The notes under the pieces: model-generated | Databases searched by the model: none | Told to the model about the DNA's origin: nothing | Seen by the model: only the letters and a program-made list of their open reading frames with translations | Assembly (NCBI GenBank): GCA_973895155.1 | Contig: OZ316897.1 | Span: 12,647,375 to 12,711,374, forward strand | Direction of reading: 5' to 3' | DNA length: 64,000 bases | Origin: Marsupella aquatica | Taxonomy: Eukaryota > Plantae > Marchantiophyta | Shown here: piece after piece, positions 24,038 through 35,090 of the stretch | How the letters are laid out: every line of letters begins with the position of its first letter | Position numbering within the stretch: the stretch's first letter is position 1 | Position numbers and translations under genes: made by a program

Positions 24038-27000
24038 ATCAGTTATTTCATCGAGTGGTCAAACTAACAACATGGGGCTTCGGAGCCCTTTGGCGAGGAT
24101 GCAGTGTGAGGTTTTTGGATCTTCCATTGGACGGCAAGTGCAGAACGAAAGAGGGAAGAGATCTAGTTTCCAAAAAATTCCTCGGAGATTGTTGCGAAGT
24201 GAGTTGCCGGAGAGAGGGCCCAAAAATTCAAGGGTACATGCTAAATTGAAACTTGTCCAAAGATTATTCAATGGTCAAGATGAGCCCTCAAGTCGAGAAG
24301 AATTACCTAGGCTGGGATTACAGTCTCAGAGACAAGTGGGCGGTACTCCGACTGAAGATGTGAATATCATTAGAAGATTTCAAACTAGAAATCTCTGAAC
24401 ACCTATTACATTTTCAGAGACTCTGAAGAGAGATCAGAGGAGGTTGCAAATGACAGAGAGACTGCTGTAATCTCAAATGTTGTTGAAGAGATCCTGGGAT
24501 GTGAGATTGTTCATGAAACAGTTACAGAAAATGTGGAGAGTGGAAACTACTCTACAGAAGATCTTTTTGTTTTGAATTCTAATTCACTAGAAAATACTGG
24601 GGGGGTAAGTTCTCCCGACACAATTCAGGATAGAGTAGAGGTGACAAGACCCAGCAAAAAAATCAGAGATCAGATGATTAGAAAAGATAGACTTACCATT
24701 GCAAATCTAAAAAAACGCAAAATTAAAGATATTTTTAAGTATCCCTGTTGTGACAAGTTTTGCTTGAGGTCTCTGGGTCTAGAGGAATGCTCAAAACAAC
24801 GCAAGTATTATTTTGGTCTTAAACACTTGTAGAAAAAATTTTTGCTACGAGGTTGTATCATGAACAGTAGTAGTACTTCTCGTGGATATAGTGTAAATGG
24901 ACAACCTATATGTAGAGGAGGATTCAAGAAACTATATTCTTTAGGTAATAATAGATTGGCAACAATCCATGCAAACATGTTTACAAGGATTGAACGAGAT
25001 ACCTTTTGTAAGGAAGACTCACCTTCATTTCTAAACTTGGTGGAATGGTTGAAAGATTTTTTCCAAAAAAATATGGATAGTCTTCCCCATAAAGAGATTC
25101 ATCACTTGCCAGACAATTGGACAAAGCAAGAGATACATTGAATCTTTGAAGGTGAAACAATGTTGCGAGAAGAACAACAACTTACATATTCTTATTTTTT
25201 GCGTGTTTGGAAGAAAAAGTTTCCAAATGTACGAATTCCTAAAAGGAGTCGATTTTCTACTTGTGGTCCTTGTACTGAATTCAAGGCTCTTCGGGACAAA
25301 GCAACAACTGAAGAGGATAAAAGTAAGCACCACTAACTATAACCTTCAACTTTAATTTGATGACATGTACTTAAATATTTGTCAAAGTTTATCCTTAGTT
25401 ATTGATTTTTGATTCATTGTTATTGTATCATTTCAGGAAAGTACATCAATGCCCTTATGGAGCATCAAAAAGTACAATCATTGCAAAGGATGAAGTTAGC
25501 CAAGCATCGTAAAAAATGCTATGATGAACCCAACAATATTTGGGTATTTGTATAGATGGTATGGATCAAAAGAAAACACAGCTACCACATTTTCTTCGTT
25601 TTCCGAAGAACATGGATGAAAAATATTTCATTCCAATACATGTTGTAGGTTGTCTCATCTTCAACAGGAACCTTGCAGCAAAAGTATATTTGACATATCC
25701 CAATATCCATAATAATGCAAACTTGACCATACATGTTATTCAAAATGTATTGAATACATGGGATGGGACATTACCAGGAGTGTTATATCTTCAATTAGAT
25801 AATACCACTAGGGAAAACAAGAATAAATTCTTGATGGCTTATCTTCACATGTTAGTAGATTTGAAGATTTTTGACAAGATTAAAGTGGGTTTCTTGTTGG
25901 TCGGTCATACACATGACCAGATAGATCAGATGTTTAGTAAATTTTTGTCTAGGTTAAACAAGCACAAAGCATTTCGCTTGGAGACTCTTGAGGATATTAT
26001 TCGACGAGCATATTCACCTGAAGCTTTGATCATATTTGTGGATGAAATAGCCAATTTTTGAAAATTTGTCAATGAAACCGACCAGCCAAATGAGAAGGGA
26101 GTCTCAAGTAGAGTCTTGAGAGATCTCAATCTCATAACTTTTCAAAGGCAATTCAGATTCAAACGAGTCATGGAGGATGGAAACAAAGAGACAACATGTC
26201 ACGGGAAACATCTTTCCATGACCCAGGATTGGGGAGATGCAGTGACATTCGTCAATTATATTCCAACTTCAAGAATGTGGGTTGCTGCACAAATGTCACT
26301 GAAGTCAGCAAAAGGTGTTGAGAGGGATGATGTCCATGATTCTTCCAATATAGATGGTGCATTAACTACTCTGGTGAAATATGAAAAAGCTATTCAGGAA
26401 GGTTTCAATTACTTTGACAATGAAGATAAACTTTGGTGGATGAGTTTTTTTGAGAAACAAAAAGATATTATCAAAACCACCTAGAGGAAGGTGAGTGGTT
26501 ATTTTAGTGGGTTTGGCCGCAACAAAATCAAGGTGCAACACTTCCAAGGGTGAGAAATGAACTCGCTGAAGAAGGTGTTGATCCAACTTTGGTTGACAAA
26601 GTTGCTGGACCGCAGAGAATTATGTACTCCGGACCTCGACGAAAGCAAGCTGAATTTGGAGATTTCAGAGATATGGAAGTTAACAATAAGTGGTCCATGA
26701 TATGTGTAGCGGCACACAAGGATCCAGAAGGCAAGTTATTTTGGATGGCAAAGGTGTCAAAGATTTTGACAAGAACTAAAGACATTCCTGAGAGCATCAA
26801 AATCACATGGTACACAACTGAGGCAAGTGCTGAGTCTGCTATTGATGGGAAATATTTTCCAGAGAAAGATAATATATCTAATCGACTTCTCCAAGATGAA
26901 CTAGTTCTATCATCAACAGCGGTGTATGCAAGAAGTACTAATAAAATAGCAGCAAAAACTAATTATGAAGAAGTACTAATTATGAAGAAGTACTAATAAA

Positions 27001-27072
27001 ATAGCAGCAAAAACTAAAAAGATTATAGAGTCTGGTATATTAGAGCGAGGTTCGGCACCTTCAGAGGATTGA
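23367..27072 (+). pseudogene. Sola-like (DUF7869-type) DDD transposase, degenerate, with intron 25323-25436
   Basis: CCDKFC, ICRGGFKKLY, FSTCGPC, then CIDGMDQ...LYLQLDNTTRENKN...FLLVGHTHDQIDQMFS (three acidic catalytic candidates). Several stops and frameshifts. The superfamily call is from memory of motifs. Confidence 0.7.
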
Positions 27073-27956
27073 GATTGATGTCCTTAAAGCGGTACATGCA
27101 TCAATTTTAGAATTTGATCTCGAATGAATTTTCTAAGGTTACATGCTCTTTTAGAGTTGTACCATTTTTTGGTAAATAAAGACTATGCATCAAGGCATTG
27201 TGTAATATGCCATTGAATTCTGATTTCGTCCATATTTTGAAGAACAACGAGACCACAATCTGAATCGTTTGGTTGTTGAGGTACTTGAGAAAGAATCTTA
27301 AAGTTAGTCCAAAGTGTTTAATAATTGAACTAAATAAAAGTTGAAATAACTTTTCAAATCCTTACCATTGGTCCGGATTGTAAATCTCCAAAACTCCCAT
27401 TGGAACTTTTCCAAAAAATAATTCCCATTCCTTTGTAAAATATCTGAAAATTATCATTCAAAGTTCTTAGTCCAAAGTGTTTATATTTATATACCACATA
27501 AATAATTTCAAATTGAAAAAATGTAATAGAATATATACATACCTGCTCAGTATTGATCCAATTACATGGGTTGAGTGTAGACCGGCGAGAGAGTCTAGAT
27601 GATACATTTTGATCAAAGATTCAATCCAATCCAAACATATAATTACAACCAGACTCCACTGCATGCTCATGTGAATTGGCATGAGAATGACCTCAATTTG
27701 GGAAAATGGTGGCTTGTAATATCCTCACCACTGGAACTTGCATCATTACAACCACAGAGGAGAACGATAATGATGAGGATGAAGTGGATGAAGTGGAACA
27801 TGAAGCTCCAGCACTTGATCTTGGCTCATTCCTTGAGGTGTAGACTTTAGTTTGATTAGTTCTCTCATGTTGTATCTATTGATCCAAACTTGTGAAATAT
27901 TGAGGAAGATTATGATTGGACTATGTTCTTATTTCACAAAGTAATGTCTTTGCAGG

Positions 27957-28243
27957 AACCAAAAGAGGATTTTGTATTGAGACATGTTCTGCATAGATTC
28001 TCACACAATCCTTCTAGTGGGTTTCTTTTGGACAATAAAACATTGAGCCAACTTGAACCCGGTCAATATTTGGGTGATGAAATAATGGAATTTTACCCAC
28101 AATTAATAACCGAGGAACATGGAGATCTGGCTCCCTCAGTAAACACATTATCCGCTTTTTTTTACCCTTGGCTTGTTTCAAGGATTGAAACAGAACCAGC
28201 TGAGACCTTGTTGGAATCAATTCAAAAGATGTACCACCAATAG
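27957..28243 (+). pseudogene. N-terminal fragment of a Ulp1/C48 SUMO-protease-like domain
   Basis: LSQLEPGQYLGDEIMEFY...VNTLSAFFYPWL matches the Ulp1 L.P..WL.DEII.FY...F.TFFY..L motif. Truncated before the catalytic H/D/C. Confidence 0.6.
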
Positions 28244-31200
28244 GTGGTTGAACCTCGAACCTCATGGGTCCTGTACCCTCCTCGGTTGCTTCATCATTCA
28301 AGTCCCACGATTCATCAAGCGTGACAAGTTGGGTCCGGATACAATCCACCTGGCTTGCACTGAGCTCCACGGCTGTCACCGGACGTTTCCCTAACAAGGC
28401 AGCGCATGAGGTCGAACCACTCCCCGCACATAAATCAGCAACCCAATCCCCTGCTTCACTAAAATGTTGAATGAACCAATCTGCTAGAGCTATCGGCTTC
28501 TGGTAAGGGTTCACTATTTCCCCCAATGGTGTTACACATTTCTTTGTAACACAAGGGACTTTTATGATGTTTACCCTTTTCTCATCATGTTCAAAATTGT
28601 ACATGTCTTTGGTCCTAATATCACTCTCGTGATAATATCCGATTGACCAGTTTTCAAAAGCCCAAGCCAATCGATTCCCGGAAGGATGAGCATGTACATT
28701 TGGCTTCTCCCAAATTCCAGCCTCTACACCTGCATTACAAGTTTTTCCCAGAGCATTCATCACAGACCAATTTTGCTGCAAAGAGTGAATCACAACAAAC
28801 CTCCACATCTTTGAACTTGTCACCTTGGCAAAACACTTCACCATATCCACAATATCACTTTCTGAAAATGGGACCTCATCATTTTCAGAGCTAGGCGCAT
28901 TGAATCCATAAGGAATGTCTGCAATTGCAAGTGTGTAATTCCTTTTCTCTACAAACTTATCCAGCGCCCTCACATCTCCACAATGCAATGTATATATGAT
29001 GAAATTTCCATCAGCGTTTTTTTATTGATGGTCATTCGACTCTGCTTCAACCGTTTCAATCCCACGATGACGGTTGTAGTTCTCAATAGCTTCTTGAACA
29101 TAATTCTTAAACCCAAGGGGAATAACACTCGAAGTCAGCTCCTCCGAAGGCTTCTCAACCGCAACGGCACCAATTGCATCCTTGTTCTTCTTCTTCGAAA
29201 AAGCTTTCAACTGCAAACGCAAACTTGTTAAAAGAATCTGGAGAAAAGACAATGGGGAGACAACCATTTAGGCATTCAAACAATCAAATCTGGACGACAA
29301 ATGCAACGTGGGATACCCCGTATCCCACTTCGCATTCCAAGAATGGAAAAACCATATTGAAACATCACCAACGTCAAATAACCACAAGGGAATCCGAGAT
29401 GGGATACCCCGTATCCCACTTTGCATTCAACCAAGAAAAAACCACATTGAAACATCACCAACGTCAAATAACCACAAGTGAATCCGAGATGGGATACCCC
29501 GTATCCCACTTTGCATTCAACCAAGAAAAAACCACATTGAAACATCACCAACGTCAAATAACCACAAGTGAATCCGAGATGGGATACCCCGTATCCCACT
29601 TCGCATTCAACCAAGCAAAAACCACATTTAAACATCACCAACGTCAAATAACCACAAGTGAATCCGAGATGGGATACCCTGTATCCCTATTCGCATTCAA
29701 CCAAGCAAAAACCACATTGAAATATCACCAACGTCAAATAACCCAAAGTGAATCCGAGATGGGATATGCTGTACCCAACTACGCATTCAAACAAGAATTC
29801 CAGGAAGGAAACCACCCAACATTGAAAAACCATATAAGATTAGTCGACCCTTTGAGAAACAAATAGAAAAGTCCAATCAATGTAAGGGGAGAACATACCA
29901 CATCGGACAACTTCCCACTCCATCTTTCGAGCTCGGCAGATTCTGTTTCTTTCGGAAACATTTGTTTGCAAGTCGCCCAGTCTGGCTGCCCTGACAACTG
30001 AACAAAAAGCTTGCTGATTTTCACAAGTTTCTTGTAACTCTCGGCTTCTTTTGCCATCTGCTCCAGAGAGATCATCCGGTCTTTCACTCAAAGGAGGGAC
30101 TCCAAAAATTGGTCGTGTTCAATTCCCTGGATTGCTCTCCAAGGTGTCAGGGTAAGGCCCCCTGCAAGCTTATTCAAAGCTTTTGGAATCGACTGCGCTT
30201 TTCCCTTCCCTTTCTTGATTTTCTTTATCGGTGACTTCTGCTTATTCTACCCTTTGATCTCCAACTTGTTCCACATCTCAAAGATCTGGTCTTGGAGTTC
30301 CAAGACCTTACCCGACCTAAACGCAATTTGGAAGAGAGGTTCATGCTTCTTCAGGCTTGTGGCATCCCCCGAAAAAAACCCGTCGAGGCAAACCTCCAAG
30401 GCACACGCTTCTCTAGTCTCCTTGGTTTTTGCCATACCTCTGGCAAGGAAAATCTTATGCATTGTTCGGATTTGATCAATGTTGTTCATTTTTTTCCTGT
30501 ACTCCTGATCAATATTATGTTGGATGCTAAGTTTTTGAATGTCCTCCCTTGTGATACCAGCATACACCCAAGCTTGGAGTTCATTGAAGATCTCTCTCCC
30601 ATATGCCTGATATAATTCTCTCTTAGCCCGAGCACCGTGATTACCTCCAATCACTCGATATCTCCAGCTCGTTGCCTTTTTTGGGTCCCAGTCTGTCACT
30701 GTCGGGCAGTCTTCGGGGATCACAAACAAAACAAACGGCGTGGTGAAATTTGTCAGATTCATTTTCATCAAAGTCTTGATGTTCTCCACATGCAACCGAT
30801 CGATTGTTCGAACCAACGTTGAGTTCTCGTCATCAATATCGTCAACAAGAAGCAGATTAGTTGTTTTCAGAATAATTGTTGTCTTCTGAACTCTCTTGGT
30901 CTCCATCAACCGAGACACTTCTTCACGAACCACAAGTGTCTCTTCACGCTGCAAAGCTGTGGTGATATCTGTTGAATCTTTTTTCTTTTCTTGAACAGCA
31001 CCCCTAGATGATAGAGAAGGCCCACCTGACAAAGTTGAAGGAATCTGAGATGGTGTCAGTGAAATTGGTGGGACCAAAGATGAGATAACACTTCCAGGTG
31101 CAGATGGTGCGCGCTTCTGGATGTCATGTCGATCCAGTTTCTTCTTGCCAGCAGCTTCTCCTGACATCGCTGCTTTAGAACCTTCCCCGGAGAGTTGATC

Positions 31201-31791
31201 TGCAAGCTTCCTCTTTGCCGGTTCCTTAAAAGAAATTGTGGCAGATTTCTCCTTTGTCGAGGGTGTTCCAGACGTCTCCCCTGACTTCGAAGCCGGATCG
31301 GTAGGCTTCATCACTTTCAACTTTAGAGGACGCTCTTTCACGCCAAAGTCAGCTCCAACGACGGACCGATATGCGACCTTGGTAAAATCCTCAACAACCC
31401 TCCAAGACTTGAAGACAAATTTCAAACACCAATAAGGAAAGTCCTCAATCTCAGGCACTTTCAAGATTAGCTTGTAGATCGGGTCATCAGGAAATGTGTT
31501 CATCGAGACATGATCAAGTTTTTCGTAGTTGAGGACAACTACAGTGAAGGCATTGTTTGGACCAATGCAAAGGTACATTGGAAGTTTTTTCTGCTATTTT
31601 GTTTTTGCGTTGGTGATATCCGCCTCCCCAGTATCAACGACTAATCCATAATGGCAATGCTCTTTACCCTTAACTATAACCAACCACACCGCTGGACCTT
31701 TATAGGCTCTGTGAATATCCATCGCTCGGGCATCCCTAAAGTATGTGGTGCGTCCCATGGCTCCCTGAACCCAAGAAACCCCCCAGCTCAA
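28014..31791 (-). pseudogene. ParB/Srx-like domain fused to a beta-class N4-cytosine/N6-adenine DNA methyltransferase; one spliced gene with in-frame stops
   Basis: ORFs 31594-31791, 30247-31578, 29899-30246, 29022-29210 and 28014-28988 join in one frame. The joins are four stops (TAG 31594, TAG 30247, TGA 30088, TAA 29022) and a phase-0 GT-AG intron at 29898-29211. ParB-like: RTIDRLHVENIK...YRVIGGNHGARA. MTase: LHCGDV, IADIPYG (motif IV), NPYQKPIAL..WFI..FS..GDWVADLCAGSGSTSCAA...R...AVE (motif I region). Confidence 0.85.
29300..29790. repeat. 90-bp tandem array (about 5.4 units) in the ParB-MTase intron; each unit has a GGGATAC-CCC-GTATCCC palindrome
   Basis: Palindrome cores start at 29310, 29401, 29491, 29581, 29671 and 29761. 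Confidence 0.95.
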
Positions 31792-32664
31792 GCCGATTCC
31801 CGCAGGTTTCGTGCTTGGCGAGGCCGTTTCCGCGGCTTAGCGGCATGGGACGCTGCTAACCTTCTACTACTACTATTAACATTTTACACACATATACTGG
31901 ACAGATCCTTCATCGGGTCATGAGATACGTAGCCGGCCTAATATAGGCCTTCCCCTGTCTTCCCCTGTCTTCCCCTCCGTCTTGTTAGGTATGTTTGGAT
32001 TCCGCCGCCGGAATGATCCCCAATAGGCTTGGTTAAGCCGCTAAGACCTCTCTTAGCTCGACACATCCAACTCTCACTCCCCTGCTTACTTTCCTTCCTT
32101 CTGTTGATGTGGGCACTCTTCACACAAGTTAATGCGACACACAAATAGCAAAATGACTCATTCTGACTGAGTCATACCATGCACTTGCCATACAAACAGT
32201 ACATCTCATACACAAGTTCTACGAACTAAGCCGTGAGGCCAACTCTATTCAGCTTTTAGGCATGAGGAAACATGAATATACACAAGGGTCACTGTATGAC
32301 TAACCGAGAGCTTCTCGTACTACTTGATCCCAGCCCAGCTGGTGCAAACTAAAAACTTGCTAAAGAAGAGGCCCTGAGCTCCCCGCTGCCCAGGTACTTA
32401 TCCTGGTAGTGGATCCGCCATTCTTTGCATCGTAAGCCTAATCTACTTAACAGTAATCTACTTGCCCGAATCTACCTATGTACAGCAAGGCAGGAGCACA
32501 AGTGTTGCTCCTACCAGTGGGACCGCAATCCCACAAAGCTAAGTGTCAGGGCCGCTCCTGGTTCTGATCCTAATCCTAAACGTGGAGATCCGCGCCCGCC
32601 CTGCCCACTCACGCCTCCTCCCTCCACGTCCGCCCTCCCTAAAAGGAACGGCGCCCTTGCACCG

Positions 32665-33690
32665 TCACGACACCGGTGGTGGATCCTTAATGGACGCCCC
32701 CAACGCTTCCTCCTCAGCCACTGCTGTAGGCTCATTCCCTGACAGATTACCTGCCCTTGACTGAGTCAACTCTCCATCGGCCTGACTGGGTCCACCATCG
32801 GCGTCGGCATCGGCTCGAGAATCGGTTACGGCCTCAGCCTCGGCTATGGTCTCCCCGGCCTGCTCAAGAGGCGGATCTGGAATACTGGCCTCCTTACTGA
32901 GTAGTTCGGCTTGGGCCGCACCATCCCTACCTTTGATCATAGCGGGATCTATTGCCGTATTCATGTCGGAGGATGGTGCTGGTTCTACCTCTTTGGTCAC
33001 CACGGCTTGTGGAGTCGGATTACTCCTTGACCCTAAAGGTTTCCGCTTTTTCTTCTTTTCTGGTTCGGCAGCTGGTCCCTTCCCCTTCCCACTTACCTCC
33101 GACACTGGTGCAGTTGGCGCAACTTTTTCTTCGGCCAGTACCACTCCTGGTAACTTGGTTGCCCCAATTGGAGTTGGGCCTGATGAAGACAAGCACCTAA
33201 ATACTGCGGCTTGTTTCTTCAGCCGCTCCGTTTGGTTGTCGGCCCGCCGCTGGAGGTTCTCCATCTTCCTCGTGATTTCCTCCAACTCCTCCTGGGTCTC
33301 ATCCAGGTCCTTGCGTGCCTCCTCTAGTTCCTTCTGGGCTTCCTCCCGTTCTTGTTTCAAGGTAGTCCTCTCCTCCTGGGTTGCTTTTAGCTCCTTGTTG
33401 AGCTCTGCAATGATGACAGACTCCATCTGGTTCATCTTGGCGTAAGTCTGTTCGAGCATCTCGTCCTTCTCCCTTAGGTCGGCCTTGAAGCTGGCCGTCA
33501 GGGACGCAAGCTCCTGCTGCAGCGCCATAATCCCTTGATAGGATTTCCCTAACTCGGCCTCCTTCTGCTCAAGGGGTCCGCGGATTTTCTCGAGCTCCCC
33601 TTTCAACGCCCATTCGTGGCCTCTGCTCCCAAGCCGTCCACAAGAGGTCCCTTCCAAAATTCCTGGCACCAGAGCGTGCCACATCAACAA
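32665..33690 (-). CDS. Coiled-coil / low-complexity ORF of unknown function, probably TE-derived
   Basis: Long E/K/Q heptad stretch, a KKKKRK basic motif and an A/P/E-rich tail. No recognisable catalytic domain and the true start is unclear. Confidence 0.4.
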   Translation of the reverse strand: MLMWHALVPGILEGTSCGRLGSRGHEWALKGELEKIRGPLEQKEAELGKSYQGIMALQQELASLTASFKADLREKDEMLEQTYAKMNQMESVIIAELNKELKATQEERTTLKQEREEAQKELEEARKDLDETQEELEEITRKMENLQRRADNQTERLKKQAAVFRCLSSSGPTPIGATKLPGVVLAEEKVAPTAPVSEVSGKGKGPAAEPEKKKKRKPLGSRSNPTPQAVVTKEVEPAPSSDMNTAIDPAMIKGRDGAAQAELLSKEASIPDPPLEQAGETIAEAEAVTDSRADADADGGPSQADGELTQSRAGNLSGNEPTAVAEEEALGASIKDPPPVS

Positions 33691-35090
33691 CAACCGCAAC
33701 AAACAAGACTCGTCGGTTTTGTGAATCAAACTTACAGTTTTCATTCGTGTTTGTGTCAATTTGGGTGTAAATTTTGGGACGCCATGCTGTAAAAAGAAAT
33801 GTAAAAATTTAGAAATGTAAAGAGCAAGACGGGTAAAACTGTCACTATGTACTGTTTTAGTTACGTATCCAATTTTAAAAATTAAATTCAAATATTTGAA
33901 AAGTATTTTTCATATAATAAACAATGACTAATAACTAACTTGATAACTTCCTTGTTAATGGGTAACTAGCACATGGAGTAAGATTTCCAGCCTTTTGCAA
34001 TTCAAGCAAACCGCCATGGTTGAAACTTGAACTCAATGAATTGATACAATTCATTTGATCAGACATTGATCTGGTTTCAAATGGACTTGCCACAAATGGA
34101 CTATTGACTCTCTTGAGAATTTGGTTGCATGTAGCAATGATGTAATTAGTTCAGGTCTACATTTTTACTCAAACAGGCCTAGAATGTAGCTAGGGGTCCA
34201 CGAACTAATTTATGAAATAAAAACTATCTTTTCTTATTCAAATGTATTGAAACAATGATTCTAAAAAAGGAAATGAGGAAAAAATGCAAGGAGAGGTATT
34301 AACCCTACTTTCTGGGTGACAGACAAGTTCATTAAATTGAATTGTACCTTAGGGGTATGGTATATGTGATGAAAAAAATAAGATAATGTTGTATTCTAGC
34401 TACTTTTTGACTCTAGTTTGAGAGGCTCTTTTTTTTTGGGTGACACCTGTTAGTGTATATATATAAACATTGGAAATGTTCCAACCAATATATGAATATA
34501 TAACCTAAAATGCATCTTTCTGTTGTGTTCATGTTGAGCCTGGTGAGATGAATCTTGTCACCTAGTAATGAACAGTATTAGACAAAAAACATTAAGGAAA
34601 AAATAAAAATTTAGTATATGAATATGTGTTTCTAACTATCTAATAAAACCTAATTATTAATAAGAGGACTTGAAAAATTAGAGGGGTAGGAGAAATGGCT
34701 AAATTCAAATTAATGTAAAGTAAAGCATAGACGAGACCATGGACTAGACCATATGTACATAAAAATACATAGTCATCACTTCTAATAAGACAAGATAGGG
34801 AGAATTTGTCCAGCCATAGAGCAGTCTTATAGATAGTTTTATTGTTTACAGTTGTTTGAATGTGAAGAACCAAGTGTTTGGCGCACCCATCCCCTCTAGG
34901 TTTATTCTTTTTTAGAGTTTGTCCTATTTGCACCTCTTAATCTTTTTAATTTCCTTCTACTTTGTTGGTTCCTTCTGCATACATTTTTGGTTCTAGCTTC
35001 TCCCTTCTTGCAATAGCGGCTTAATTGGTTTACCCCTGGTCCCCAGCCTTTTAAACTAAAGGGGTATAGTTTACGTGCATACATCCCCCT

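Larger units (their letters stand above)
22264..33849 (+). mobile_element. Putative TIR DNA transposon, Sola-like (DUF7869-type transposase), about 11.6 kb with cargo genes
   Basis: CATAGTGACGG at 22264-22274 and CTGTCACTATG at 33839-33849 form an 11-12 bp inverted repeat. It brackets a DDD transposase, a Ulp1 fragment and the ParB-MTase gene. No TSD is visible (flanks TCAA / TACT). Confidence 0.55.

Noticed and set aside
29174-29866. 230-aa repeat ORF on the plus strand, and a CRISPR-like appearance of the 90-bp array
   Set aside because: The ORF is a translation of a 90-bp (multiple of 3) repeat inside an opposite-strand intron. The units have no unique spacers and there are no cas genes.
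28014-31791. Bacterial contamination as the source of the MTase
   Set aside because: It has a spliceosomal-type intron, shares palindromic repeats with a eukaryotic transposase region and is contiguous with plant TEs and genes. Read-level confirmation is still advisable.
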